Part shown: piece by piece, positions 1 through 8,421 of the stretch
How the letters are laid out: each line of letters starts with the position of its first letter
How positions within the stretch are numbered: the first letter of the stretch is position 1
From: a virus
Virus record (IMG/VR): IMGVR_UViG_3300045988_131541
Location: 1-42,668 of that record
Length of the DNA: 42,668 nucleotides
Direction: 5' to 3' (one strand)
Translations under genes and position numbers: made by a program
Notes under the pieces: model-generated
The model's input: the letters and a program-made list of their open reading frames with translations, nothing else
Told to the model about the DNA's origin: nothing
The model's database searches: none

Positions 1-119
1 ATTGCAACAACTATTTTTTTCTCAATTTTCGCTCAAAAATCGACCCTCCACAATCGTTTTTAAGCCTTTTTTATTTTTGATTAGAGTAATTATATTACCT
101 CAAAATGGCAAAAAAAAAT
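1..119. repeat. Direct terminal repeat, copy 1 (identical to 42550..42668)
   Basis: Hand alignment: attgcaacaactattttttt...caaaatggcaaaaaaaaat occurs at both window ends with an offset of 42549 bp. Confidence 0.9.
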
Positions 120-148
120 AGCTAGACAACTTAATGTCTAGCCTTTTT
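111..148 (-). terminator. Rho-independent terminator closing the late/lysis operon (bidirectional shape)
   Basis: 8-bp stem gctagaca (121-128) / tgtctagc (135-142) with a 6-nt loop. On the minus strand it is followed by a 9-nt T run (plus-strand A run 111-119). It lies directly after the endolysin stop at 149. Confidence 0.85.
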
Positions 149-919
149 CTATATTAATCTATTAACTGTATTTATTCCTACAATTCCATCAACATCTATG
201 TCACAATTTGCTTGGAACTCTCTTACTTTTTTCTCGCTTTCGTCTCCATATTTACCATCAACTCCAAAATTGTCTAAACTGTATCCTTTTTCAACTAATC
301 TTTCTTGAACCCATCTAGCAAATTCACTAACACTAAAGTTTCTTACCATATTGTTGTTTACTGCTTTTGTTGTTAATGGTCCTATTATTCCATCTACATC
401 TAAGCCACAATTATAATCTATATTTAACGCTTTCTGTAAAGATTTTACTATTTCTTCTTTTGAATTATTTGGAGAACCAACTTTGCCACTCCTTATTTCG
501 TCCATCGGGAAATTATTTCCTGGACATTCTGAGTTGTCTATATCTCTATGCCCTACTACTTTAGATATATTATACTTTTCTTTTAAATATGCTATTAATT
601 CTTGCCCTGCTTTTAATTGAGGTTGTCCCATTTCTTCCTTTGAAAAGTTTCCTTCAAAACAAATACCTATTGAATTGTAGTTTGCTCCTACCGCATGTGC
701 ACCTACTGTATTCTCTGGGCGTCCTCTATATATAGAACCATCTTTTCTAACATAAAAATGATACCCAATTCCTGCCCAACCTTTTGTATTTTTATGATAA
801 TTATGTATTACTTCTACACTTTGTAAAACAGTTACTCCACTATGGTGGCATACAATTTGTTCTGTTGTATTTCTTATATCCATTGCACCAAACTTAAAAT
901 TATTTTCTATTATTTTCAT
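149..919 (-). CDS. Endolysin: N-acetylmuramoyl-L-alanine amidase (Amidase_2/PGRP fold) with two C-terminal PG_binding_1-like repeats
   Basis: Motifs HHSG, GWAGIGYHFYV, GAHAVGANYNSIGICFEGNF and GHRD..ECPG. Two LDVDGIIGPLT / IDVDGIVGINT repeats. SD GGAGGG upstream. Last gene of the late operon. Confidence 0.9.
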   Translation of the reverse strand: MKIIENNFKFGAMDIRNTTEQIVCHHSGVTVLQSVEVIHNYHKNTKGWAGIGYHFYVRKDGSIYRGRPENTVGAHAVGANYNSIGICFEGNFSKEEMGQPQLKAGQELIAYLKEKYNISKVVGHRDIDNSECPGNNFPMDEIRSGKVGSPNNSKEEIVKSLQKALNIDYNCGLDVDGIIGPLTTKAVNNNMVRNFSVSEFARWVQERLVEKGYSLDNFGVDGKYGDESEKKVREFQANCDIDVDGIVGINTVNRLI

Positions 920-1185
920 TATTTTCCCTCCTTGTATATTAAATTTTTAAACATTTCGTATAGACCTGTAGAAGCTAGTCCACTAAACATTCCCGTTAGT
1001 ATTACTTCTGCATTTATCCCATTTAGGTTCATTAATACATTAATTGCTAAACCTAATATTAGCATGATTAATGGTATGTACTTGTTTGGTATAAAATCAA
1101 GACTATTTTTTATAACAAAACCTACACAAAGGCATATTCCAACAACTACTATACTTAAATATTGTGTTAATACCGATAAATCCAT
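919..1185 (-). CDS. Holin (small protein with several TM helices, phiLC3/Hol44-like)
   Basis: 88 aa with hydrophobic helices and a charged C-terminus. TAATG overlap with the endolysin start. SD AAAGGAGGG. Confidence 0.8.
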   Translation of the reverse strand: MDLSVLTQYLSIVVVGICLCVGFVIKNSLDFIPNKYIPLIMLILGLAINVLMNLNGINAEVILTGMFSGLASTGLYEMFKNLIYKEGK

Positions 1186-1413
1186 TTATCTTTCCCTCCT
1201 TTCATTTTCCAAAATTGATATTCTTGTTTCGTGATTATTAAGCTGATTATGTATCTTGGTTCTATCTTCTTGGCCTTTATGCATTTGGTCCGATAGAACC
1301 TGAATTGTAATATTTAATTTTGTTATTGTATTGTTTAGTTTTACAATTACAGTAAAAATCGGAATCATAGTTGTAATAAAACCCAGAAATAACATTATTA
1401 TATTATCTTGCAT
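1186..1413 (-). CDS. Small membrane-anchored coiled-coil protein of the lysis cassette (function unknown)
   Basis: 75 aa with an N-terminal TM helix followed by a charged coiled-coil tail. Strong SD AGGAGGTG. Position is immediately upstream of the holin. Confidence 0.6.
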   Translation of the reverse strand: MQDNIIMLFLGFITTMIPIFTVIVKLNNTITKLNITIQVLSDQMHKGQEDRTKIHNQLNNHETRISILENERRER

Positions 1414-1424
1414 CTTCTCACCTC

Positions 1425-3281
1425 CTACTCTATTACTTCAACTTGTAGGAAAGTGCTTTGCGAGTATTTTCTTAGCTTTACACTTGTTCCTGATGGTTCA
1501 ATATATACGTGAATTGATACTGTGTCTCCTGCTTTAGCAGGGAATATCATTCCTGGTGCATTATATGTTAGAAAATCCGATGAAGTTCTGATTCCATAAT
1601 TTGTATAAACTTGACTATTCGTTATATAAACTGCTAATCCCATTAGCCTTAAAGAACTTGGAATATATGACATCATAACTTGAGCAGATATTCTAATATA
1701 ATTTACACCCGAACCAATAACGATTTTCCCATTGCTAAGACTTAACTTATTTCCAAACTTAAGGTATTGTTCTCCTAGAGGTACTAATACAGCGTCGTAG
1801 TCTTTAGAAGATGTTATTGTCGTATTATCAGTAGCAAGAATAGCTTTTAGAATATGTTTTTGTTTATCCTGCTTACTATTTATCCACTTTATAACGTCCT
1901 TGTTGTCTAGTTGTAATGGTCCTCCTAATTTTTCATTATAAATTCCCCCAACGCTAATCCCTTTATTCTTTAGTGCTGAAAGTAGCACTTTTCCGCTATT
2001 AAGAGATACTGGTTCTGTGTCTGAACTCAATTCATCTCTAACTTGAACTTCTATGTCATACTCTGTACCTAGAGTGAAGGTTTGTCCTGTAATTTCTTTT
2101 GAGTCACAGCTAAATGTGCCGTTTTCAGTGTTTATTGTAACCAATTGCTTTATTTCAACCCAACTTCCAAATTCGGTCTCTGTCTTGCTCTTTTCTCGAA
2201 ATTGAATGCTTTTGACTGTGTTGGTTTTGGCTCCAAAATTAATATTTGCATATTTGCCAGATAAACTTATTAAGACTGTTTCCCCTACACCTTCTTTTCT
2301 TTCAATCTTAACGCTTTGTAAAACAGTTTCGGAATATTCAACAATATCTAATGCTTTTGTTTTGTCTTTTTGATTTCCTCTACTATCAACGGCAAAAACT
2401 GTTACTGTATTGTCGTCCATATTATTTATAGTTTTTGAAATTTCTGATGTTGAATAATCTAATTTTTCGATTTTGTTGCCAACCACAATATTGTAATATT
2501 TAGGTGTAGCACCGTTCTTGGTAGTCATCTTATTTGCACTTGTTATTGTTACCTTTAAATTACTATACTTTCGTATGTACTTTTGATTACTTCCAGTTAA
2601 AGCTTTAGTTATTGGATTAGTATCTTCGCAATCAAAATTATTAAATACGGGGTCGCTATTTACTACATGACCTGTAAAATCAACAACTGTACTTGTTCCT
2701 ATTCTAGTACCACCACTATAAGTTGTAAGTTCCACTGTACCATTAGCCTGATTTTGATTTGGAATTTTAGCAAATAATTCATTTGTATTCCAACTATATG
2801 AAGCATCTATCCCTGTTTGTGTTCTAACTGTTTGTCCATTGAATTTGATAATTGCTGTATGCGTGAAACTAGCACTTTTGCGGTTAGTATATATTGTTAC
2901 AGTTTCGCCAATGTTGAAATTCTTTTTACTTAAACTTACTTCGGAAGTTCTAGGAATTGTCGTTAATTTTTTGGATGTTGACCCAGTTATTGTTCCTGCT
3001 GATATACCTGTTTGAAACGAGAAACTAGCATAAACGGTTTTCTCTCCTTGATTATTGTGTGTTACATCTAATGTTTTCTCAAAAATTGTTGTAGTTGAAT
3101 TTTGAGGTATATTATGACTAAAATCGTATGTTGTTCCGTCTATTGTGCAAGTACCTGGTTTAGAATATCCATTATACGAGCCTCCTGTCGTTGTTACTTG
3201 TACTCTAACAGTTATATTACTTTTATTGTTTGCTATATTCTGTGAGTTTTGTGTTATTGATATATTACTTGATACTGCCAT
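1425..3281 (-). CDS. Tail fibre / receptor-binding protein (N-terminus resembles the DUF859, ReqiPepy6 Gp37-like family)
   Basis: 618 aa. The N-terminal pattern (ITQNSQNIANNKSNITVRVQVTTTGGSYNGYS..GTCTIDGT) is typical of that family. Last structural gene before the lysis cassette. Confidence 0.65.
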   Translation of the reverse strand: MAVSSNISITQNSQNIANNKSNITVRVQVTTTGGSYNGYSKPGTCTIDGTTYDFSHNIPQNSTTTIFEKTLDVTHNNQGEKTVYASFSFQTGISAGTITGSTSKKLTTIPRTSEVSLSKKNFNIGETVTIYTNRKSASFTHTAIIKFNGQTVRTQTGIDASYSWNTNELFAKIPNQNQANGTVELTTYSGGTRIGTSTVVDFTGHVVNSDPVFNNFDCEDTNPITKALTGSNQKYIRKYSNLKVTITSANKMTTKNGATPKYYNIVVGNKIEKLDYSTSEISKTINNMDDNTVTVFAVDSRGNQKDKTKALDIVEYSETVLQSVKIERKEGVGETVLISLSGKYANINFGAKTNTVKSIQFREKSKTETEFGSWVEIKQLVTINTENGTFSCDSKEITGQTFTLGTEYDIEVQVRDELSSDTEPVSLNSGKVLLSALKNKGISVGGIYNEKLGGPLQLDNKDVIKWINSKQDKQKHILKAILATDNTTITSSKDYDAVLVPLGEQYLKFGNKLSLSNGKIVIGSGVNYIRISAQVMMSYIPSSLRLMGLAVYITNSQVYTNYGIRTSSDFLTYNAPGMIFPAKAGDTVSIHVYIEPSGTSVKLRKYSQSTFLQVEVIE

Positions 3282-3293
3282 ATGCTCTCCTTT

Positions 3294-6200
3294 CTAATAA
3301 AGTAACAGCATATTCTTTGAATTAATTTGTTGAGTTTTCAAAAAATAGTTTCCTACTTCTATACTCTCTGTTGCTTGTATTTTGTAGAAATATGCTAAGT
3401 CTTTATTAATTTGGAATATATTTATTCCTTTATATGTTGCTAGGATTTCGTCCTCATCTATAAACATAGTATTTTGATTTGCTTGAATCCAAAAGCCCTT
3501 TTCGTCCATTTTATAATTCTTGCCATAAACTTCCCCAGGAAATTGAGTCCACTGAGTACACATAGTGTTATATTCGAGCTTTAAATCAGCAATTTCAACG
3601 AATCCTTTAATCGGCACTATGTAATCAAATAGTTCAACACCTAAACTAGCGCCAGTTGGCAATAAACTACTTGGAATATCAAGTGTTTCCCACTCTACAA
3701 AAGTAGTATCATTATATTTTGCTCTCTTAACTAAATTTGTTGTTTTATTGTTCCAATATAACCCTTTGTAAGGTGTAGGCTCTACATTTCCTGTATAGAC
3801 TGCAAATGCAGGATAAAATGTTAATGCCACATAACAACTCTTGATTTCTGCTGTATCGTATATTATTGGTGTTTGATAATAGAATCCGTAGAAATATCTA
3901 TAAGTCCAAACTTCTCTTGAACTTTCGTTATATAATGACATTTTTGTATCTAATATTTCCCACTGTGATGTTTGCGAGTTATATTTTTTAGGTAAGTATA
4001 TCGTTGTATCTAACCAATTCTTGGTTGTATCTGTAGGTGCTGTGTTACTTACAACTACAGGAATAAAATCTGATTTCTTAGGTATTTCGATTATTTGCTC
4101 TATTTTAGTTAAATCTTTTAAATCATCTGGTGTCAGTATAATACCAGGCTCATACAACGAATACGGTTTTTCTACCTCTGTAAAATCTGCCTCATTAAGG
4201 AACATTAATCCTACGCAGACATTTCCTTGTACTATACTGTTTTTGATAAAGTATGATATTGCCATTTTGTTTTCATTTTGATTCAATGTAATAGGTTCTG
4301 TGATATTGAATATATGTGATACTGTATAGTCTTGTCTTCCATCAAGTTTAATAACTCGTCCACTCAGTGTATTTTCATTAGCATTTCTGCCATTTGCCCA
4401 ATATTCGTTAGAAGTTGTATAAGCGAAGTAGTTTTGAGCACTTAACAATGATTTTCTTGAGAGTTCTGATACTTGCCAACCACTACTGTTGTACACATAC
4501 ATTTGATTTTCTATGTAACTTCCACTATTGGCAGTACAATACCAGTATGCTCCTTCAGTAGGATTGTCAGGTGGTGTATCTGACTCTTGATATGGATATT
4601 TAGCGTGTGCTAGCCAGAAATTATTATCATTAATCATTGCACTATTTCTAATTAAATTGTTTCCACCGGTTCTTTTAGTTGCAAATTCTAAACTTTGATT
4701 GGCTAGCTCCAATGTTGCAAGCTTTTCTTGTGTTTGTTCGTTTATTGCTTTGACTGACTCTTTGATTGAGTCTGCTGTTTGACTTATTTGTGAGTCTGTT
4801 TCACTTTTTGTGTAGTGATTTTCTTTTACGTTTCGTTTGGTTTCGTATGTGTCGCTTAACCCATTATCTCTAACATATGTGATTTTCGCATTTGCTGTAC
4901 TTGTTATATTATTAATACCTCTAAATAATGTAAAATGCCTTAATTTCTCCCACGCTTCTTGCTGTGTTTCTGTGTAAGGTACTATTTCTTCTTCAGCTGG
5001 CTCGTATTCTACAATTACTGGTGTGCCATTTGCGTATTGAGTTGCTAACCAAGTTTTAAACTTAGTTATTCTCTGAGCTTTAGTATCACTCGAAATAATT
5101 CCTGTTACAGTCTTATTCATCGTTATACAAAAAACTGTTGTTGCCCAGAACCCTTGTCTACTTCGTGAACCTTTTTTTAAGTGACTACAAATTACACTGT
5201 TTATATTTTCTGTTGTTATACCTACTGTTCTCGTATAAAAATAATCTGTGCTAGTCTCTGATTGCGTGTCCATGTACCAAGCCCTATTATCACTTCCATC
5301 CAGCACAATTTGTTTTCTCTTATGATGTGTTCCGTCATCAGCTAGATAACTACCTTTATATAGCTTTTGCCCTTCTGATAGTGGGAAGTACTCTGCTTGT
5401 TCTTGATATGGAATGTATGGAGCTTGTGAACCTTTATTTAGCATTACATTAAATTCAAAATTATTAAAAGTACAACCAACATTATACTCAACAGATATTC
5501 TACAAATGCTTTCTTCTTCTAATGTAAATGTTTTACTTGTTTCATTTTTCAATTGTATCTTCGCTTTAGTCTTTTTAGGATTTGTATTTCCTGCAACTAA
5601 TGCTAGCGAACCTTCCGTACAACTTCCTTTTACGTTATGGATACTTAAAGTGTATGTTCTTGCTTTTAATTTTATATATTCGATACTAGTATCATATGCT
5701 GAATAATTTGCCGTCCAATTACCTATTATAGAAAACGCATTAGAACCTGCAGCCGCTTCCCCCATTGTTCCATTAAGTTTTACTAATCCATTTGTTATTG
5801 AACGTTCTACATTGTTAACTGTTGCCGAATATTCTCTGGCTTTAATTAAATTTTCTCCTATGTCTAAGAAACCTAAAGAATTATATGGCACATACGGTTT
5901 ATATTCTTCACCTTTTGTAATTTGTGGATATATTGTTACATTCTCTAATACCGCATCTTTATATACTCTAATATACATACCAGCTTTTGTTTCTTCTACT
6001 GTTTCTATCAAAGAAGAGGTATATGTCGTAGCATTATTTTTTAAATAAAATACCTGCGTTGTATATTTTCCGCTCTCATAACTTGATAACATTCTGTATT
6101 TTGAATTTGCTTTCAACAATACTGTCCTTGTATTCGTAGTAGTATTTACGTTAATTGGGTAATTTACTTCTGCTGTTGCAGTTCCATTCATTGTTATTGA

Positions 6201-7529
6201 ACCGTCTTTGTTTTTTGTAAACGTTACTCCATTTATTGTTCTTGTTGTATTCAAAGAAGGGCAAATATTTTCTCCCTCCAAATTCTCTATTTTGCTTAGA
6301 TAATCTGTGCTGGGGCTTGCTCCGTATTGTTCATATGTGTCATCAGCTATTGTTGCTTCTCGTAACATTGGTTTAAATAATAAATTATTTATCGTTAAGC
6401 CTTTCTGAATAAATATAGCTATTTGAACGCTTGTTGTAGTATCTATTGTAAATTCTCCACTGCCATTGCCAATATCTATAGAACCTAAAACACTGTAACT
6501 ACCTGTCTCTTGGATAGCTAATCTATAAGTATTACTAGCACCACCACTCGGACAGCCGTTTAGAATATATGTTCCTGGGCTTAAATCATATCTATTGATA
6601 ATCAAACTGCTGTTAGCAGAGGTATCATTTGTACCATTAACATTTACTGTTTTATCGCTATTCACAGTAAATGTTATTCCGTTTGATATTTTTGTCGTCG
6701 CAGTATTATCAAGTAAGTTCTTCCCACTCCTCGTTGCCTGTTGGCTCTCGCCCTCTAGAATTATATCTATTAATGGTTCCGCAGATGCATCATCTATATA
6801 TATGTTCTTTCCTTCTGCTGTACCTTCTATTTTGGTTATGTTTTCTACTGATTGCTCTACTGATGATACTTTACTGGTTATTCCATTTACGTCTTGCTCT
6901 ACTTTGGTTATCTTTTGTGTGTTCTCTGTGGTTTCTTCGGTTAGTTGAGTTATTTTTCCATCTATCTGATTAATATTTGACTCCACTCTTCTGTTTATAG
7001 TTCTTTGTGATGGTGTTCTAGTAGTTGTTTCTTCTTTTGCTTTACATTGTATTTTGCTTTCAATATTTGCAATCCAACGTCCTGAAAATTGCATTGAACC
7101 TTGGTATATTACATTTTTACCATCTATAACAACGATATCTCCTGTATCTAGTGCTGGGTCTATTATGCTTTCGCCCTCAAAACTGTAAAATTCTAGTCCT
7201 TTTAATGTGTTATAAATATTATTGATTTGATCTTGATCAACTATGTACATATTGTCTTGGCTGATATAAACTGTATTGCCTGTTGTATCTCCTTTTTCAA
7301 ATAGTTGTATTCCATCATCATATCTTACACGTGTTATTTTAAATTTTTCTCCCCATTTAAAAGTCTTAAATAACTTTAATGGAAGTGTAACTGAACTTTC
7401 TCCGATTGTTTTTATATATAGTTTTCCATCTCTACCTATTACTGCTATTCCACCAGCTTGTTCTGCTATATAACTTAAATAAGTTCTTGCTGATACTGTA
7501 TTGTCGTACACTGCTATTTCCTTATTCAT
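3294..7529 (-). CDS. Tail tip / tail-associated host-specificity protein (Tal-like, 1411 aa), possibly the downstream part of a recoded gene
   Basis: Giant ORF after the tape measure protein. The N-terminus (ARTYLSYIAEQAGGIAVIGRDGKLY) resembles prophage-tail proteins. It has a coiled-coil segment and three paralogous modules. There is no SD before its ATG. Confidence 0.75.
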   Translation of the reverse strand: MNKEIAVYDNTVSARTYLSYIAEQAGGIAVIGRDGKLYIKTIGESSVTLPLKLFKTFKWGEKFKITRVRYDDGIQLFEKGDTTGNTVYISQDNMYIVDQDQINNIYNTLKGLEFYSFEGESIIDPALDTGDIVVIDGKNVIYQGSMQFSGRWIANIESKIQCKAKEETTTRTPSQRTINRRVESNINQIDGKITQLTEETTENTQKITKVEQDVNGITSKVSSVEQSVENITKIEGTAEGKNIYIDDASAEPLIDIILEGESQQATRSGKNLLDNTATTKISNGITFTVNSDKTVNVNGTNDTSANSSLIINRYDLSPGTYILNGCPSGGASNTYRLAIQETGSYSVLGSIDIGNGSGEFTIDTTTSVQIAIFIQKGLTINNLLFKPMLREATIADDTYEQYGASPSTDYLSKIENLEGENICPSLNTTRTINGVTFTKNKDGSITMNGTATAEVNYPINVNTTTNTRTVLLKANSKYRMLSSYESGKYTTQVFYLKNNATTYTSSLIETVEETKAGMYIRVYKDAVLENVTIYPQITKGEEYKPYVPYNSLGFLDIGENLIKAREYSATVNNVERSITNGLVKLNGTMGEAAAGSNAFSIIGNWTANYSAYDTSIEYIKLKARTYTLSIHNVKGSCTEGSLALVAGNTNPKKTKAKIQLKNETSKTFTLEEESICRISVEYNVGCTFNNFEFNVMLNKGSQAPYIPYQEQAEYFPLSEGQKLYKGSYLADDGTHHKRKQIVLDGSDNRAWYMDTQSETSTDYFYTRTVGITTENINSVICSHLKKGSRSRQGFWATTVFCITMNKTVTGIISSDTKAQRITKFKTWLATQYANGTPVIVEYEPAEEEIVPYTETQQEAWEKLRHFTLFRGINNITSTANAKITYVRDNGLSDTYETKRNVKENHYTKSETDSQISQTADSIKESVKAINEQTQEKLATLELANQSLEFATKRTGGNNLIRNSAMINDNNFWLAHAKYPYQESDTPPDNPTEGAYWYCTANSGSYIENQMYVYNSSGWQVSELSRKSLLSAQNYFAYTTSNEYWANGRNANENTLSGRVIKLDGRQDYTVSHIFNITEPITLNQNENKMAISYFIKNSIVQGNVCVGLMFLNEADFTEVEKPYSLYEPGIILTPDDLKDLTKIEQIIEIPKKSDFIPVVVSNTAPTDTTKNWLDTTIYLPKKYNSQTSQWEILDTKMSLYNESSREVWTYRYFYGFYYQTPIIYDTAEIKSCYVALTFYPAFAVYTGNVEPTPYKGLYWNNKTTNLVKRAKYNDTTFVEWETLDIPSSLLPTGASLGVELFDYIVPIKGFVEIADLKLEYNTMCTQWTQFPGEVYGKNYKMDEKGFWIQANQNTMFIDEDEILATYKGINIFQINKDLAYFYKIQATESIEVGNYFLKTQQINSKNMLLLY

Positions 7530-7995
7530 GTTTAAAAAAGAAGTAGAACCGAAGTTCTACTCCTGCTTTTGTACATAAGTCTTGTAGTACCTGTATTATT
7601 TTTGCTTTTCCATTATTGCTATTTATTAGTGTTTTTCCATTATAATTAAATTCAAATTTAATCATATTATCGCGTAATTTAAATGTTACTGTGTAATCGT
7701 CTTCTTTGCTTATATCATCCACATTAAATACTCCAACAGGTATTATTTCGCCTGTTATTCCACTCTTGATTTCTACTTTGTTTATAGTTGCAGGTATTAC
7801 TGATTTATATAATTTTAATTCTATGCTTTGTGCTTCTATACAGCCCAATGTAAACTCATCACTTGAGAAAGCTTTTTTCGAGGGTTTACAGTCTAATATA
7901 TATTTAGAATCTATCTCCGTGTCATTTATGTATACTTTTAATAAATGAGTTACATTGTATACTTTAGACTTATAGTTATTACTTGTACTATACAT
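7522..7995 (-). CDS. Tail tip protein N-terminal segment (157 aa), possibly continuous with 3294..7529
   Basis: TAATG-coupled to the upstream gene. It ends ..KAGVELRFYFFFKHE. The +1 frame continues as GSTSFLNMNKEIAVYDN, which runs into the 1411-aa ORF. Confidence 0.6.
   Translation of the reverse strand: MYSTSNNYKSKVYNVTHLLKVYINDTEIDSKYILDCKPSKKAFSSDEFTLGCIEAQSIELKLYKSVIPATINKVEIKSGITGEIIPVGVFNVDDISKEDDYTVTFKLRDNMIKFEFNYNGKTLINSNNGKAKIIQVLQDLCTKAGVELRFYFFFKHE
7534..7560 (-). terminator. Terminator-like hairpin with a UUCG loop inside the end of ORF 7522..7995
   Basis: Minus strand reads GTAGAAC-TTCG-GTTCTAC (7-bp perfect stem, 7543-7560) followed by TTCTTTTTT. Confidence 0.5.
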
Positions 7996-8417
7996 TAACT
8001 ATTTGCCCCCTCTACCGCTGTTTTTTGTGCTTCTGTTAATTCTTTTTGCATTAAATTAAAAGAGCACTTCCATTTTGTTTTGGAAGTACTCTTTTCTTTT
8101 TCTGTACTTATCATTTCGACTTTTCTTTTTGATACTCTAAACTTTGCATTTTCTAAAAAACCTCCATTTACTACTGGAACTTTAACATCCAATATAAATG
8201 GGTTTTTATATGTCTTTTGTATAAGTTGTTCTGCTTCTTCTTCTGTGTTAAAATCCCATGACATAGAAAGCTTTAACATTCCTACAGCTATGGGATTATC
8301 TATTAAAGAACCATCAACAATAGAAGAATAACTGTCTTTGTCTGTATCTTCTATGTCTGCACTATATGTTGACGGTGTCGGTAAATTTCCCGTATCTCCA
8401 TGTTCTTTCCATAACAT
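7995..8417 (-). CDS. Tail component in the distal-tail-protein (Dit) position
   Basis: 140-aa ORF directly after the tape measure gene. SD AGGAGG. The call rests on position only. Confidence 0.4.
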   Translation of the reverse strand: MLWKEHGDTGNLPTPSTYSADIEDTDKDSYSSIVDGSLIDNPIAVGMLKLSMSWDFNTEEEAEQLIQKTYKNPFILDVKVPVVNGGFLENAKFRVSKRKVEMISTEKEKSTSKTKWKCSFNLMQKELTEAQKTAVEGANS

Positions 8418-8421
8418 AATT

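Noticed and set aside
1-119. The terminal direct repeats as attL/attR of an integrated prophage.
   Set aside because: No host-like genes flank them, because the window begins and ends inside the repeat. The integrase is a serine recombinase, which does not generate long duplicated cores. The repeat covers a phage promoter and terminator region.
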